Below, in pieces: positions 1 to 10,341 of a stretch of 46,013 nucleotides of DNA. Below the pieces are notes generated by a model, which worked only from the letters and a program-made list of their open reading frames with translations, made no database searches and was not told where the DNA came from. The number at the start of each line of letters is the position of its first letter. Within the stretch, counting starts at the first letter, position 1. The position numbers and the translations under genes are program-made. Source of the DNA: Dimargaris cristalligena (lineage: Eukaryota); the NCBI GenBank assembly GCA_003614675.1, contig ML002297.1:1-46013 (forward strand), in the 5' to 3' direction.

Positions 1-176
1 GGGGTCCGGGGCGGGTTGATGGAGCATGGGAGGGAGTGGATAGATATGTATGAAAAGGGCGACCTGTTTAGAGTTAAAGCTGAGTAACGGGAGGGACCGG
101 GGGTTTGGGGCGGGCCAAACAGATATCCCAGAGGAGGAGGGAGTGTATGGGTAGTATTGGTTGGGTATTGCCGTAC

Positions 177-236
177 CTTATGGGTCAGCCGAGTTTCCAA
201 TGGAAGATTGGCCAAGTCTTCATCCTGCGTGGCCAT
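177..236 (-). CDS. STU2: XMAP215/Stu2/Alp14 (TOG-domain microtubule polymerase), first coding exon; gene continues beyond the left edge
   Basis: The minus strand reads ccgaccATG and then MATQDEDLANLPLETRLTHK, followed by a phase-0 donor AAG|GTACGG at 176. This resembles the TOG1 N-terminus of the Stu2/Alp14 family (E-D-x-x-x-L-P-L-E-x-R-L-x-H-K, normally followed by WKAR). Too short for the ORF track. Confidence 0.85.
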
Positions 237-441
237 GGTCGGAGAGGGCTGTGGCACGGCGGCTGGGGCGACGAGAGCGGAGAAGTAGATCGGCTGGATG
301 TGAGTGGGGCTCGAAGGTGAGGCGAGGAGTTGGTGGAAATGGGCCAATGGAGTTACAGAGCGAAGGGGGCTTGCTGAACAGCGAGGGAGATAAAGGCCAC
401 GAAGCAATGGCGGGATGGAAACCCGTATTAGAAGAAGGCAG

Positions 442-572
442 CTAAAAGAAAGCAAGGGAATGAGCAAGAGTGTAAACACAGAAAATGATAAACGACTGTA
501 CTATCAGAGAATAGCATAGAATAGAAGGGTATGTTGTGTGTGGTGTATTTGCCCACTCGACATGACGCTTAC
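442..572 (-). other. Probable 5'-UTR intron of the Stu2-like gene
   Basis: Donor CCG|GTAAGC at 572, pyrimidine tract and TTTTAG| acceptor at 442, upstream of the ATG at 236. Confidence 0.6.
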
Positions 573-969
573 CGGAAGAGTTTGCGTCCTGTGTTGTTGT
601 GGCTTAGGGGAGAGAGGGGATTTGGAATTGGGATGGGAGGGAGGGAGTTTACACAATATAAGAAGGGCCGGTTAGAGGGTCACATGACCCTACGACCACT
701 GAATTATTATGACCGCAATAGAGTAAAAACAACCTTGCGTTTAAAGGCCACACACCCCGGCTCGGCACTTTAGTGCCAGAATTCCACGCTATACAGCATG
801 GTGAAGGGCATGTAGAGGGAAAGCGGGGTCGGATATTTAGCTTTAGGCCGGTAAGGCCTACTGACTCATTCCACAAACTGTGCGTTTATCGCCCAACGGA
901 ACTTCACCCATGTCGAACGAGGCTGACCCGTGGAGTTTGCCAACACCAGGACCGTCAGGCGACTATTAC

Positions 970-976
970 TCACGTG
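970..976 (+). promoter_or_regulatory. E-box TCACGTG (Cbf1/bHLH type) in the STU2/PPR divergent intergenic region
   Basis: Exact TCACGTG; the same motif lies in the other divergent promoter at 27094-27100. Confidence 0.35.
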
Positions 977-1565
977 GATTAATGGGATACGCCACTCCGT
1001 TCTGATAACCTGGGTCTTTTTAATGCGTCCTGCATAGGTATCGGATCAGTACGCCCGACAATCGAAGCAGCCGCAGTCTCGATTGCTAGATCGTCCATTC
1101 GTACAGGAGCCACCTAGCCTTGACGAACACCGGAGTTCTAAATCACCTATACATATCCCCCCTTTGGAGGGGTGGTTCGGCAATTTCGGCCCGGCTCCCA
1201 AACACGCAGACAGCCCCTTAATCAGCACTTCGGGTTTGCATTCGATAATCGACTCTCTCGCTTTCTCACCGGTTCGGTAACCCAGTTTGAGCGGGGGGGT
1301 TCCAGAGTTGAAGCGGGATCGTTAGGCAGCTGGCCCACTGACTAATATCGTATACCGAGCTAGTAGTTCCCTACCTAATAAAAATATGCAAAATCTGTAG
1401 AAATGATTGATTATTGATTATTATTCCGGCTACCGAATTGGTGGATCTAGAGGAGGTTCAACGGACTAGTCAACTTGATCCGATTATCCGGGAATGCCAA
1501 ATGGGTGGCGATAGGCCCGTCATCTCGATGCCGCTATATCGAGCCCTCAGCTCCAGCGTATAGGC

Positions 1566-1582
1566 AGAGAGAGAGAGAGAGA
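1566..1582. repeat. (GA)n microsatellite
   Basis: AGAGAGAGAGAGAGAGA. Confidence 0.9.
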
Positions 1583-1958
1583 CAGGAAGCTTGGCCACCC
1601 CCTAAAAACAACTACTTTATCCCCCCCCCAGATCTACACTCTTCTATTCGTCAGTCCTGGGTCTCTGCCCATGCACACTGTTCTTCCTCCCTCCCGCCTC
1701 GGCGAATCTTTTATTCGCAGCCCTCCTCCCCTTAATGTCGACTTGTACCTTTCTTCCGCTGATCCGGTCTCACTTTATACTCCCCCATTACCGCCCTGGC
1801 GACTATCGCTAGTGAGGGCGCCTCTAGCGACGAGTTTGTACTATATACGTTAACTATCCCCCCGATCGGCCTGCTCTCGAGCCGCTGTCGCCGTGTCCAT
1901 TTGTCTTAGCGCTGCATTTGCCCCCCACCATTCCACCGAGCTCCTCCGCCGTGGCACC

Positions 1959-4900
1959 ATGGGCTGGCTGCCCCTTGCCGGAGTTCGAGCCCAGTGCCCC
2001 CCGCGTTGTTTTCTCGGGCCTTCCCTATTTCCCTATTTAATACGGCTCCCCTCGCCTCCTCTACGTACCAGGGCTCGGTTCGGCCCGCGCTCGGCACTGA
2101 GTCTGTATTCCCAAAGCCATACCTCTGTCCCCGGCCCACCACGCTCCTCACCAACGGTACAGCCTCCTACCGATTCCCCCCAGGCCCAGCTGGCGGCCGC
2201 CCTCGCTAGTGGCCGGGTCGCCGTTGCTTGGTACACCTTCAACGAAATTAGAGCTCGTTACCAGCTAGGTGCCGTACCACTCCAGCTAATCGAGGAGCTA
2301 CTTCTATTATTAAGTCGGAGGCACTGGCGCAATAACGCCGCGCTGATGCTGGAGATTTTAGCGAATATCGCCCCAACGAATCGCCCCGCTGGGTCTCGCT
2401 CGACTCTAACCCGGCTGTTCAATATAGTGTTGACTTTTCTAGAGCGGCGGCTGCGCCTTCACTCATTTCTCCGGACCTGGCAACTCATGATACTCCATAA
2501 TATCCCCCCCGACCATTCGTCCTACCTGCTCCTTTTACTGGTATACCGGCTACTGGGTGATCTAGACTCCTCCTTGTTATTATTTACGCGCCTTTGCAGA
2601 ACCGACTCCGCCGAACATTGGGGTCCACCGACTGATCCGGCCCGAATCACGATTAAATTGGCCGCTCTTGATCCGTACCAAAATTATCATTATTTATTGG
2701 GGTGCCTGGCCCAATTACCCGTGTGCGAGCCCCCCGCCCTGGCCCATCTGGCCGTCATTCTAAGTACCTGTTACCAGTGCGACCGTTTGTCTCGGATCCC
2801 GTCCCTTATCCACCTCTTCGTCCGACAATGGCCTCTCTTAGCACGACTTCCAAACCCCAACCCGCCAATAGTACCCATTGATTCAAAAGACGGCCCTTCA
2901 TTCCATACCCTAATCGCCGGCGCTGTAGCCTCTTACGTATTCCATCATTTACCGTCCCAGGACGCCAGCCGATCCGATTTCTTTGATCTGCTTATCCAGC
3001 AATTACACCAGTCTCTCCCCCAGGAATTGCACTTTGATCCCGCTTTTATACGCTGCTGCAAGCAGTGGTATTATCCGTCTCTAACCCCCCGATCGGATCC
3101 CGCCAAACACCGCCGTCTGCTAGTGAGTATGAGGTCCCTGGGAATCATGCCCGCTCCCGAATTTATCGCCCGGGCCCTCGACTCCGCGGAAAGCCATGGC
3201 GACTGGTCTTGGCTAAGTCACTTGTGGCTCTTTGTCCGAACCCACCAAATCCTCCTGCCCCGGACATCCCTAGTCCGCTTGCTCCATGCCGCTCGGCAAA
3301 TCCACGACCCAGTCCTGGCCAAGCAAGTCTACCGACTTGTGACCTTGCGCTCGCTGGTTGCCCCCGCCCCTGAGTTAGCCGGTACGGCTGTCCCCTATCC
3401 CCCATCGACCTGGGCCTCCCCGTCGGCTCGCCCCACCCCCGTTCAATTCACCGATCTCCTACTGGATCGGGTGCGGTGGTACCCCCAGGCTGACCAACCC
3501 GTATTCCACCCTAGCCTAACGAATGTCCGCCTGCGCGATCTTGTCGCCCAAGGCCAACCCGAGCGGGCCGTTCAGTACTTGGAACGATTAATGCTCGTTG
3601 CCATTCTGCAACGAGCGGAGTCGGCCGACCGAACGTCCGGGCCCCCTATGTTCCATCGCCTAGTCGACTCGGAAAGTTTTACCATTGTGACAGAGTACTG
3701 CGGCCAGCGGGATCCGGCATCGTCCGATACATCCCCTCTCCGTTTCCTCCGTTATCTAGATCTGATGGTGGATCCGTGGAGCTATTTTATCCGATCCCCA
3801 CCACCCAGTAGTCCCCAGTCCGACCGTTCTTCGGAACCATTCCCATCTGCCCACCCCGAAGCTGTCAAAATACTAGACGCCCTGTGGTCCACCCGGGCCG
3901 CATCGTCTCGCCCGAGGGGCTCCCTTGGCTTCTTCACGGCACCCATTTCGCAATTTTGCATTTTTCCCCAAGCGGCTCTTTTTGAGCACCTGTTACGCCT
4001 CAGTATCCGGCACCGCAATGCGCAACTGGCGGCCCGGGTACTGAAGCGGCATCACTATCTGTTCGTGACCCCATCCGTAACCCCCACTCCCTGCCAAGAA
4101 AGCCCCTCGGACCATTTGGCCGCGCTTGAAACGACCCTTCGGAAGGTTCAGACTCTTGACCACCAACGCTCCCCCCGATGGTCACCCGGGCCCAGGGTTT
4201 ACCAACAACTTCTTCAGCTGGTCCAATTTCGTCGCTCTAGGCCTTTGCTCCAACTGTTAGCCCTAAGGATCCCCCAGGACACTGCGCTACCGCCGAACTG
4301 CTCTGTCTACGCTCCCCTTGTGGACCTAGTGGCCCACTACAGCAACGTCGAAGAGCTTGTCTACCTCCTTCGGGTGCTGATTAGCGAACGAGACTACCAA
4401 GTTGATGGCCGGGTACTCACTACCCTTTTGCGAGTTATTATTAACCCGTTACTCAGGGATCTTGCTCTCTCCCCCCCCGCCCCCACTGCCCCGCTCCCTA
4501 GCCGACCCCCCTCCGTCGTCCGCCGCGCCGAAAGTGTAGTTCGCAGTTTACCCAGCCTATTCGCCCTTCTTCAGCAGGGCGTTAGGCCGTACTATGCGAA
4601 GGATACGGCGGTTCCGGAAGACGCCCCCGGCTGGCCCACTATACTCGACCGCGACTGGGTTCAGCCCATGGGCGCTCATGAGCTGGTTGCCCTGACCCGG
4701 CCGGTGTCTCCCGCTTTGGTCATTCGCATAATGGGGCACTGTCTTCACCTGGGCCCACTTCGGCCCGCTGACCCGGTGATTCGTTCTTTAGTAATGCATA
4801 TTCTAGGCAAACTGGCCTACTACGAGCCGGTAGTTCAACTACTGCGTTTTACTGGTGCAACGGCCCCGCCTACGCCCAGCCCACCTGCCGATGTCACCCT

Positions 4901-6194
4901 TTTCAATACCGTTGTCAATGCGTTTGCCGAAGCGGGCGATATTACGGGTGCCATAGCGGTTTATCAACTCGTTCGCCGCACCCAGCTTCACCCCGATGTC
5001 GTCACTTATACCACATTGGTGAAGGCCTACTATCTAGGCCGACGGCCCGAACAGGCCCTCCAGCTGTGGTGGTACGCCTGGGCGCTTCCTGAGGCCTATA
5101 CACTGTCCCTCCAAGGACTTGGGCATTGGCCGAACCGCCCCCGTTACCACTTTGATGCCACCGTGACTGACGTACGAGTGGACGTTCTAGATAAGGCCGC
5201 CCGGATGGCCGCTAACCTGGAAATCGGAAATACCCGCACTCTGTTTTGGATGGCGGCCGCTGTGACGCAGCTGGAACAACAACACACCCGGTTCCTTGAT
5301 CAGGGCCTAGATTTAGTTCACCGTGGCCAATTGGCCGCCCTCCCCATCCTGGCGGCCCCTAATTCACCCGTTGGCCTAGATCCCGCCCATTCTCTGGCAG
5401 ATTCGGATACTGGATCGGCTGGTCTAAATCCCTGCACCTGGGATATACCCCGCTTTCGCGATTACATCAATGACACTTTCCGCAGCCTCGCCCTTCACGA
5501 TCTTATTTTATGGCACGGCCACCGACGGGGCATCCTTACAAAGACGGCCCACCGAGCTAAACAATACGACGGGGCCCGAAGCCGGTTGGGGCTTTTTATT
5601 TACCACCGGTGGCTACGGTACCTGGGGTCTCAAGGGGACTTTGCTGCATGTGTTCGTATCTTCGACGTATTTCTTCCTGCGGCCGGCTTGAAGCCCGACG
5701 CCGAGACTATTGGGATCGTGATGCGGTCGCTTACCAAGTGGGTCGACATTGAACACCAATGGATGGTTATATACGACCAGTTGGGCCCTCGATATTCTGG
5801 GCCCAGGCTAGACCAGATCTACTCGATATCTAACCGCGAAAGTTCGCAGCCTCGAGGTGCCCCTTGGTCACCTTCCGAGACTGCCCTGTGGAGCCTAACG
5901 TGGGGCAATCTACAGCCCCGGGTTTCGACCCATTTAATTCTGCTACCACTTCAACGCACTTCTTTATTCGACTGTCTTCGACGAATAGTAGTATTACGTG
6001 GGGCCGAAGGCCACCGAGCCCCCCTCCCCGTTGATACCTCTGAAATGCAAACGATGCAGCGTGAACTCGCGACCTGTCCCATTCGACTTCAACCATTCCA
6101 ATATATTACCCAGTGGCAGCAATGGCAGCGGAAGTGCAAAGTGGACTATCCCCACCTTATCACATCCCAGGAACGGCATCGAGGCCGCATATGA
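1959..6194 (+). CDS. Pentatricopeptide-repeat (PPR) protein, probably mitochondrial RNA-binding, 1411 aa, intronless
   Basis: First ATG at 1959 (caccATGG); the track start at 1893 is a GTG. Arg/Ser/Pro-rich, acid-free N-terminus resembling a presequence. PPR motifs DVTLFNTVVNAFAEAGDITGAIAVYQLVRRTQLHPDVVTYTTLVKAY and IYHRWLRYLGSQGDFAACVRIFDVFLPAAGLKPD. Confidence 0.85.
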   Translation: MGWLPLAGVRAQCPPRCFLGPSLFPYLIRLPSPPLRTRARFGPRSALSLYSQSHTSVPGPPRSSPTVQPPTDSPQAQLAAALASGRVAVAWYTFNEIRARYQLGAVPLQLIEELLLLLSRRHWRNNAALMLEILANIAPTNRPAGSRSTLTRLFNIVLTFLERRLRLHSFLRTWQLMILHNIPPDHSSYLLLLLVYRLLGDLDSSLLLFTRLCRTDSAEHWGPPTDPARITIKLAALDPYQNYHYLLGCLAQLPVCEPPALAHLAVILSTCYQCDRLSRIPSLIHLFVRQWPLLARLPNPNPPIVPIDSKDGPSFHTLIAGAVASYVFHHLPSQDASRSDFFDLLIQQLHQSLPQELHFDPAFIRCCKQWYYPSLTPRSDPAKHRRLLVSMRSLGIMPAPEFIARALDSAESHGDWSWLSHLWLFVRTHQILLPRTSLVRLLHAARQIHDPVLAKQVYRLVTLRSLVAPAPELAGTAVPYPPSTWASPSARPTPVQFTDLLLDRVRWYPQADQPVFHPSLTNVRLRDLVAQGQPERAVQYLERLMLVAILQRAESADRTSGPPMFHRLVDSESFTIVTEYCGQRDPASSDTSPLRFLRYLDLMVDPWSYFIRSPPPSSPQSDRSSEPFPSAHPEAVKILDALWSTRAASSRPRGSLGFFTAPISQFCIFPQAALFEHLLRLSIRHRNAQLAARVLKRHHYLFVTPSVTPTPCQESPSDHLAALETTLRKVQTLDHQRSPRWSPGPRVYQQLLQLVQFRRSRPLLQLLALRIPQDTALPPNCSVYAPLVDLVAHYSNVEELVYLLRVLISERDYQVDGRVLTTLLRVIINPLLRDLALSPPAPTAPLPSRPPSVVRRAESVVRSLPSLFALLQQGVRPYYAKDTAVPEDAPGWPTILDRDWVQPMGAHELVALTRPVSPALVIRIMGHCLHLGPLRPADPVIRSLVMHILGKLAYYEPVVQLLRFTGATAPPTPSPPADVTLFNTVVNAFAEAGDITGAIAVYQLVRRTQLHPDVVTYTTLVKAYYLGRRPEQALQLWWYAWALPEAYTLSLQGLGHWPNRPRYHFDATVTDVRVDVLDKAARMAANLEIGNTRTLFWMAAAVTQLEQQHTRFLDQGLDLVHRGQLAALPILAAPNSPVGLDPAHSLADSDTGSAGLNPCTWDIPRFRDYINDTFRSLALHDLILWHGHRRGILTKTAHRAKQYDGARSRLGLFIYHRWLRYLGSQGDFAACVRIFDVFLPAAGLKPDAETIGIVMRSLTKWVDIEHQWMVIYDQLGPRYSGPRLDQIYSISNRESSQPRGAPWSPSETALWSLTWGNLQPRVSTHLILLPLQRTSLFDCLRRIVVLRGAEGHRAPLPVDTSEMQTMQRELATCPIRLQPFQYITQWQQWQRKCKVDYPHLITSQERHRGRI

Positions 6195-6525
6195 TGCGAC
6201 AGCCTCTAATACGTTTTTATATCCTAATATAGATCCATTGATTGGGACTATTAGGTTAACGGCCCGTATTATCTTGAGAAATGGGCCACTTTTCGGGGAA
6301 GGGTACCATTCGGTCACTCCCCCGTGGCGATTTCTATGGGTTACCTACTGGGATCTTGAGACTATGGGACCGGTGTGTGCTTATTGTTTGGAGTACTTCG
6401 GTATTTTGCCGTGTCTGTACTCCTTCTGTTTATACTTGGCCCTTGAATATCTACCATTTCTTGCGCAGCTCTCCGTGTATTCGGACTATTTTTGGACAGA
6501 TGGGCCTAAGTATTTATTTACTTTA

Positions 6526-6528
<3 letters not shown>

Positions 6529-6557
<29 letters not shown>
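6529..6557. repeat. (AT)n microsatellite
   Basis: About 14 AT units downstream of the PPR gene. Confidence 0.95.
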
Positions 6558-6560
<3 letters not shown>

Positions 6561-7488
6561 CACTGTTGACGAGCTTTTGGTACAATGTAGCGGCTGTCAA
6601 TGGAAGCCCCAGACGTGATGACATCCAAATAGAGAAGATCAATGGCAAATAAATCATGGCATTGTATCGAGTTGGGGCGAACTAGGCTTGTAAATGGACC
6701 ATCTTTAAGTGTTTATCAAGCTGGTGGCCATTTCTTTTTAATCGGTTGGGGGGGGGTATTTTGATGGTGCATTAAAAAAGGTTACGCGTCGCCTATCGGC
6801 ACGCGCATTAGATTTAGGGGCAATCTCTGGTGGATGTAAGGGGGCTATGAGGATCCACAGTAGGGCAGACAACACCCAAACAATGCCGTACCACAATGCA
6901 TAGCTACAGAGGCCGTGGGCAATAATGATTCCTATTTGTCCATGGCGCACTCTTGCAACATCTTAAAGCTAAACATTACTAATGCATCTTCTTACAAATG
7001 GTTTGTTTATCTTGTAAAGTGTAAATCATTACTTTTCGGTATTGTGATGAATAAGCCAGGAACCCCAACGGCTGCTCTTTTTACTACATACAAGCACCTC
7101 CGCTCACTCTAATGATTTCAGGAGGTTGCCTTTCTCTTATCCCTAATTATTATTATTATAAATCATCTCTTGTCACTTATACACGTAACAATCTAATCTC
7201 ATAAGGACGAAAATAATAACTGGTATATTGGACTGGGCTGTATTCCATTGAAGGGAGGCCGAATGAAATACGCATGGCCGAACAGTAGAACATCCAAGTG
7301 GCGGGAAACGCTTTATTGAATATGGCGAATAAAAAAATAATTGAAATCCCTAATTGGAACGAAGGCATCGTACCTATAAAGAATCAGACTAGAGCGGAGC
7401 AAGGGGCCAAGTGAAATAAAAACAGCAGCAGCGATGGCTAATCCACAGCAAAAACCAGGGCCGTCATCCGGACCAAATCAGTGTAAAG

Positions 7489-9203
7489 TTAACCGGTATG
7501 TTCCACGGGGACCGTCACCAGCTTGCCGTTTTTGATGACTGTGCGAAGCTGTTCGGGGACAGGATGCTCTTTATAATCCTCATCCTCGGTGGCCCCTTCG
7601 ATGGATATATTAATTTCGGAGGTTTTGGCCGTGGTGATTTCGATATCGCCGCACTCCTTACTCAGGTACACCAGGGCACCATCACATTTATCCAAAAGCA
7701 GAGCAGGGCAGCGACCCGTAATCTGGAATTTGAAGGAGGTAGAGTTCATCACGTCGACAGTAGAAATGATGGTTTCAACCACCACTCCCGTTTTCTTACA
7801 CTTGTCAATGGCCACGGCATTCAGCTTGCCCCGAATCTGGACGGTCAGATTTTGGCAGTTGTAAATATACACACTTTGGCGCATGTCCGTTATCTCCACG
7901 GTTAGTTCCCCGGACTCGTGGTTTTCAATGACCCACCGGGATCCCTCCAGGTTGAATTTAGGCGCCGGCTTCTTGGTTAGACTACGGGGCTTGGTGGGAA
8001 TAGGTGGGGCGGGCTTGCCTTTGCCGGCGATGGCTGGAAACGAGGACACGCAGTGATGATGGAGATGGTGTAAAAGGTAACAGGTTAGAGAGAGGGGGGG
8101 ATCGGTGGTGCTACGGGGTTGATTAAAAGCGAGACTCAAAAGGTACACCATGGCGGACCAGCGGCACCAGTCCATTGCCACCGATTAGCCAGGGGAGGGC
8201 CGGTCGAGTGGGTAACAGCTACATGTAGACAACGGGGAAATGGGAAAGTAAATGTACCTGATTTGGCGCGCACCGGACTACCCGAGCGCAAATTGGGGTT
8301 CTTGTGGGTCATTTGCGACTTGTCGACCTTCTTCAGACCGGAAGTGATGGCCTCGCCTTGGTTGAGCTGCTTGAATACTGCGTTCATATCCGGAGCGACG
8401 GGAGCCAGGCTGGCCTCCGTGGGGGCCACCGGAGGAGCCGATGGTGGCGGCGGCGGGGGGGGAGGTGGGGGAGGAGCACCACCGGCTTGGGCAGGGGTCC
8501 CGGCGACCTTGACGTCCTTCAATTCCTCTCCCCTGGGGTTCCAGGTCAGCCCGGTCTTGTGGTGGGCCTTGACGTAGTCGGCCAGGTCCGTTAACATGGC
8601 CGAGTAACTCTTGACCCAGTCGACAACCAAATCCTCGCCGGCGTCCTTAGCGGCCTTCATCGCCCGGTTACCGTAGAACTGGGCGCTCTCCTTCATATCC
8701 TGCACATAGGGTACAGGGGCGCGCTCAACCGTCACCCAGCCAAAGGCCCCCGCGCCTTCGGCCACGGCCGACAGGCGGTTAAAGGTCTCCTTGTCGGCTC
8801 GGTTTTGATTGCGCAGCTCATCGGCCCGGTTGATGCACTCAACCATAGGCTGCAAGGCATTGGTGAATTCGGGGGCGGTGGGCGACGGCTTGCGAGCCTG
8901 GGATGCACTTAGAATTAAAGCCCGCTGCAAGTCGGCGAGCTGACCCATGGCCTGGGCCTGGTCGTTCACAGGCCCGCCCATCTGGGCCGATAGGTCCAGG
9001 TACTTACGGACAGCCCCGGCTATAAACTCGTCGTAGGCCTCCACAGACGGGGGGATTTCCACTGGGGTAGCGGGTGCCTCAGGTACCGGGGCCGCCTGGG
9101 CGGTCGGTTCGCCACCCTGGCTTTGGGCGTATTTCTCCAGCCGTTGAGTTGCGCTCTCGAGACGGCGGATAAGTGAACTAAATAGTTCTTGGTCGGATGA
9201 CAT
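7489..9203 (-). CDS. SRV2: Adenylyl cyclase-associated protein (CAP/Srv2), 496 aa, 2 exons
   Basis: Exons 9203-8258 and 8033-7489 (intron GTACAT...TTCCAG, phase 1, joins KS-A-IAGK). N-terminal IRRLESATQRLE motif, helical domain, polyproline tract, WH2-like ITSGLKKVDKSQMTHKNP, C-terminal CARP domain ending VPVEHTG. Confidence 0.96.
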
Positions 9204-10341
9204 GGTGGCTATCGTGGGCGAAGGAAACAAAAGTAGGGGAGAAAAGGAATGGTAGCCAAGTAAGGGAGCTGATGAAAGCCGGGATAAAGTGGGGTCTGCA
9301 CGGGCTGGGAGTATGAGTATGGCATGTGGGAACTGGCTAGCACCGGTGGGGTAGGAGGCGCCTAGTGCCTTTAGCTATTCGACATGGTAGAAGCTGCCAC
9401 AGGGAAATACACCGTAGAAATAGTAGATGGGCGGGGTGAGCCGAGACTACTACCACCACTCCCTTCGTGGTAGGTCACGTCACTGGCGGCGGGTCCCTCC
9501 TTCCCTCTCCCCCAGAACTAAACAGTACATATGTGGTAAGGCGTATGTGTGTGTGTGGCCAGGGCGGGCGGGTATCCGCTAATGGCCATCGCTAATTGGC
9601 ATCAGGGTATAGTTATATGGTGGGTGGTCCTTAAGACGCCCCCCTCCTCCTCTCTCTTAATTCATTGAGGTGTGGGGAAGTATTCGCTAGAGCAACCTAA
9701 GGAGGTTTTAAAGCAGTTAGAATCCGCACGCTACAAAACTTCGGAACCGATTCCCCTTGGATCCAGGTGTTACCCAAATTATAACCCCCAATCAATAGTA
9801 TTGAGATGGTCAGTTGTGGGTCCTAACCAAATGCCAATTATAAGCGAGTTTATTGTAAGGTGATTAAAGGTGGGTACGGTGTAGAATGGTATATCTCAAT
9901 CAAGATTAGTTTAGCAATTATAATAGTATAGAAAAAAGGAGGTTTTGGATTGAGGAGGAAGAGTGTACACACTACATTGGGGTTAGTGGGAGAAAAGATA
10001 CATTGGGTAGGAAACAATCTCGGGGTTAAGGCCGAGTCAGGAGCGTCCAAGGGAGGAGGTGGTCCTGTGATTGAGTCGGATATTTAAATTTACAATGATC
10101 ATTACGGCGGAGGAGGACAGAAAGATGAGGATGTCGTTAGTATCAATACCGGTGGGCGACTACTAATCATTGCAAACGCCGTCGGGTCTGGGTCTCTGGC
10201 TAAGGGTATACTATGCCCACACTACGCCAGCCCATAACCAACTCTCACCAGGTAGACTGGCCGGTATTTGGTTGATATTGTGTGTGTGTGTGGGGGGGGA
10301 TTCGGTGGCCCAAATACGAAGTGCAACCCCGTCGCAATCAG

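Noticed and set aside
6629-6646. U6-like AGAGAAGAT string
   Set aside because: Lacks the exact ACAGAGA box and the rest of U6.
5998-6652. ORFs overlapping the PPR 3' end
   Set aside because: They run through 3'-UTR-like AT-rich sequence and the (AT)n repeat (YIYIYI).
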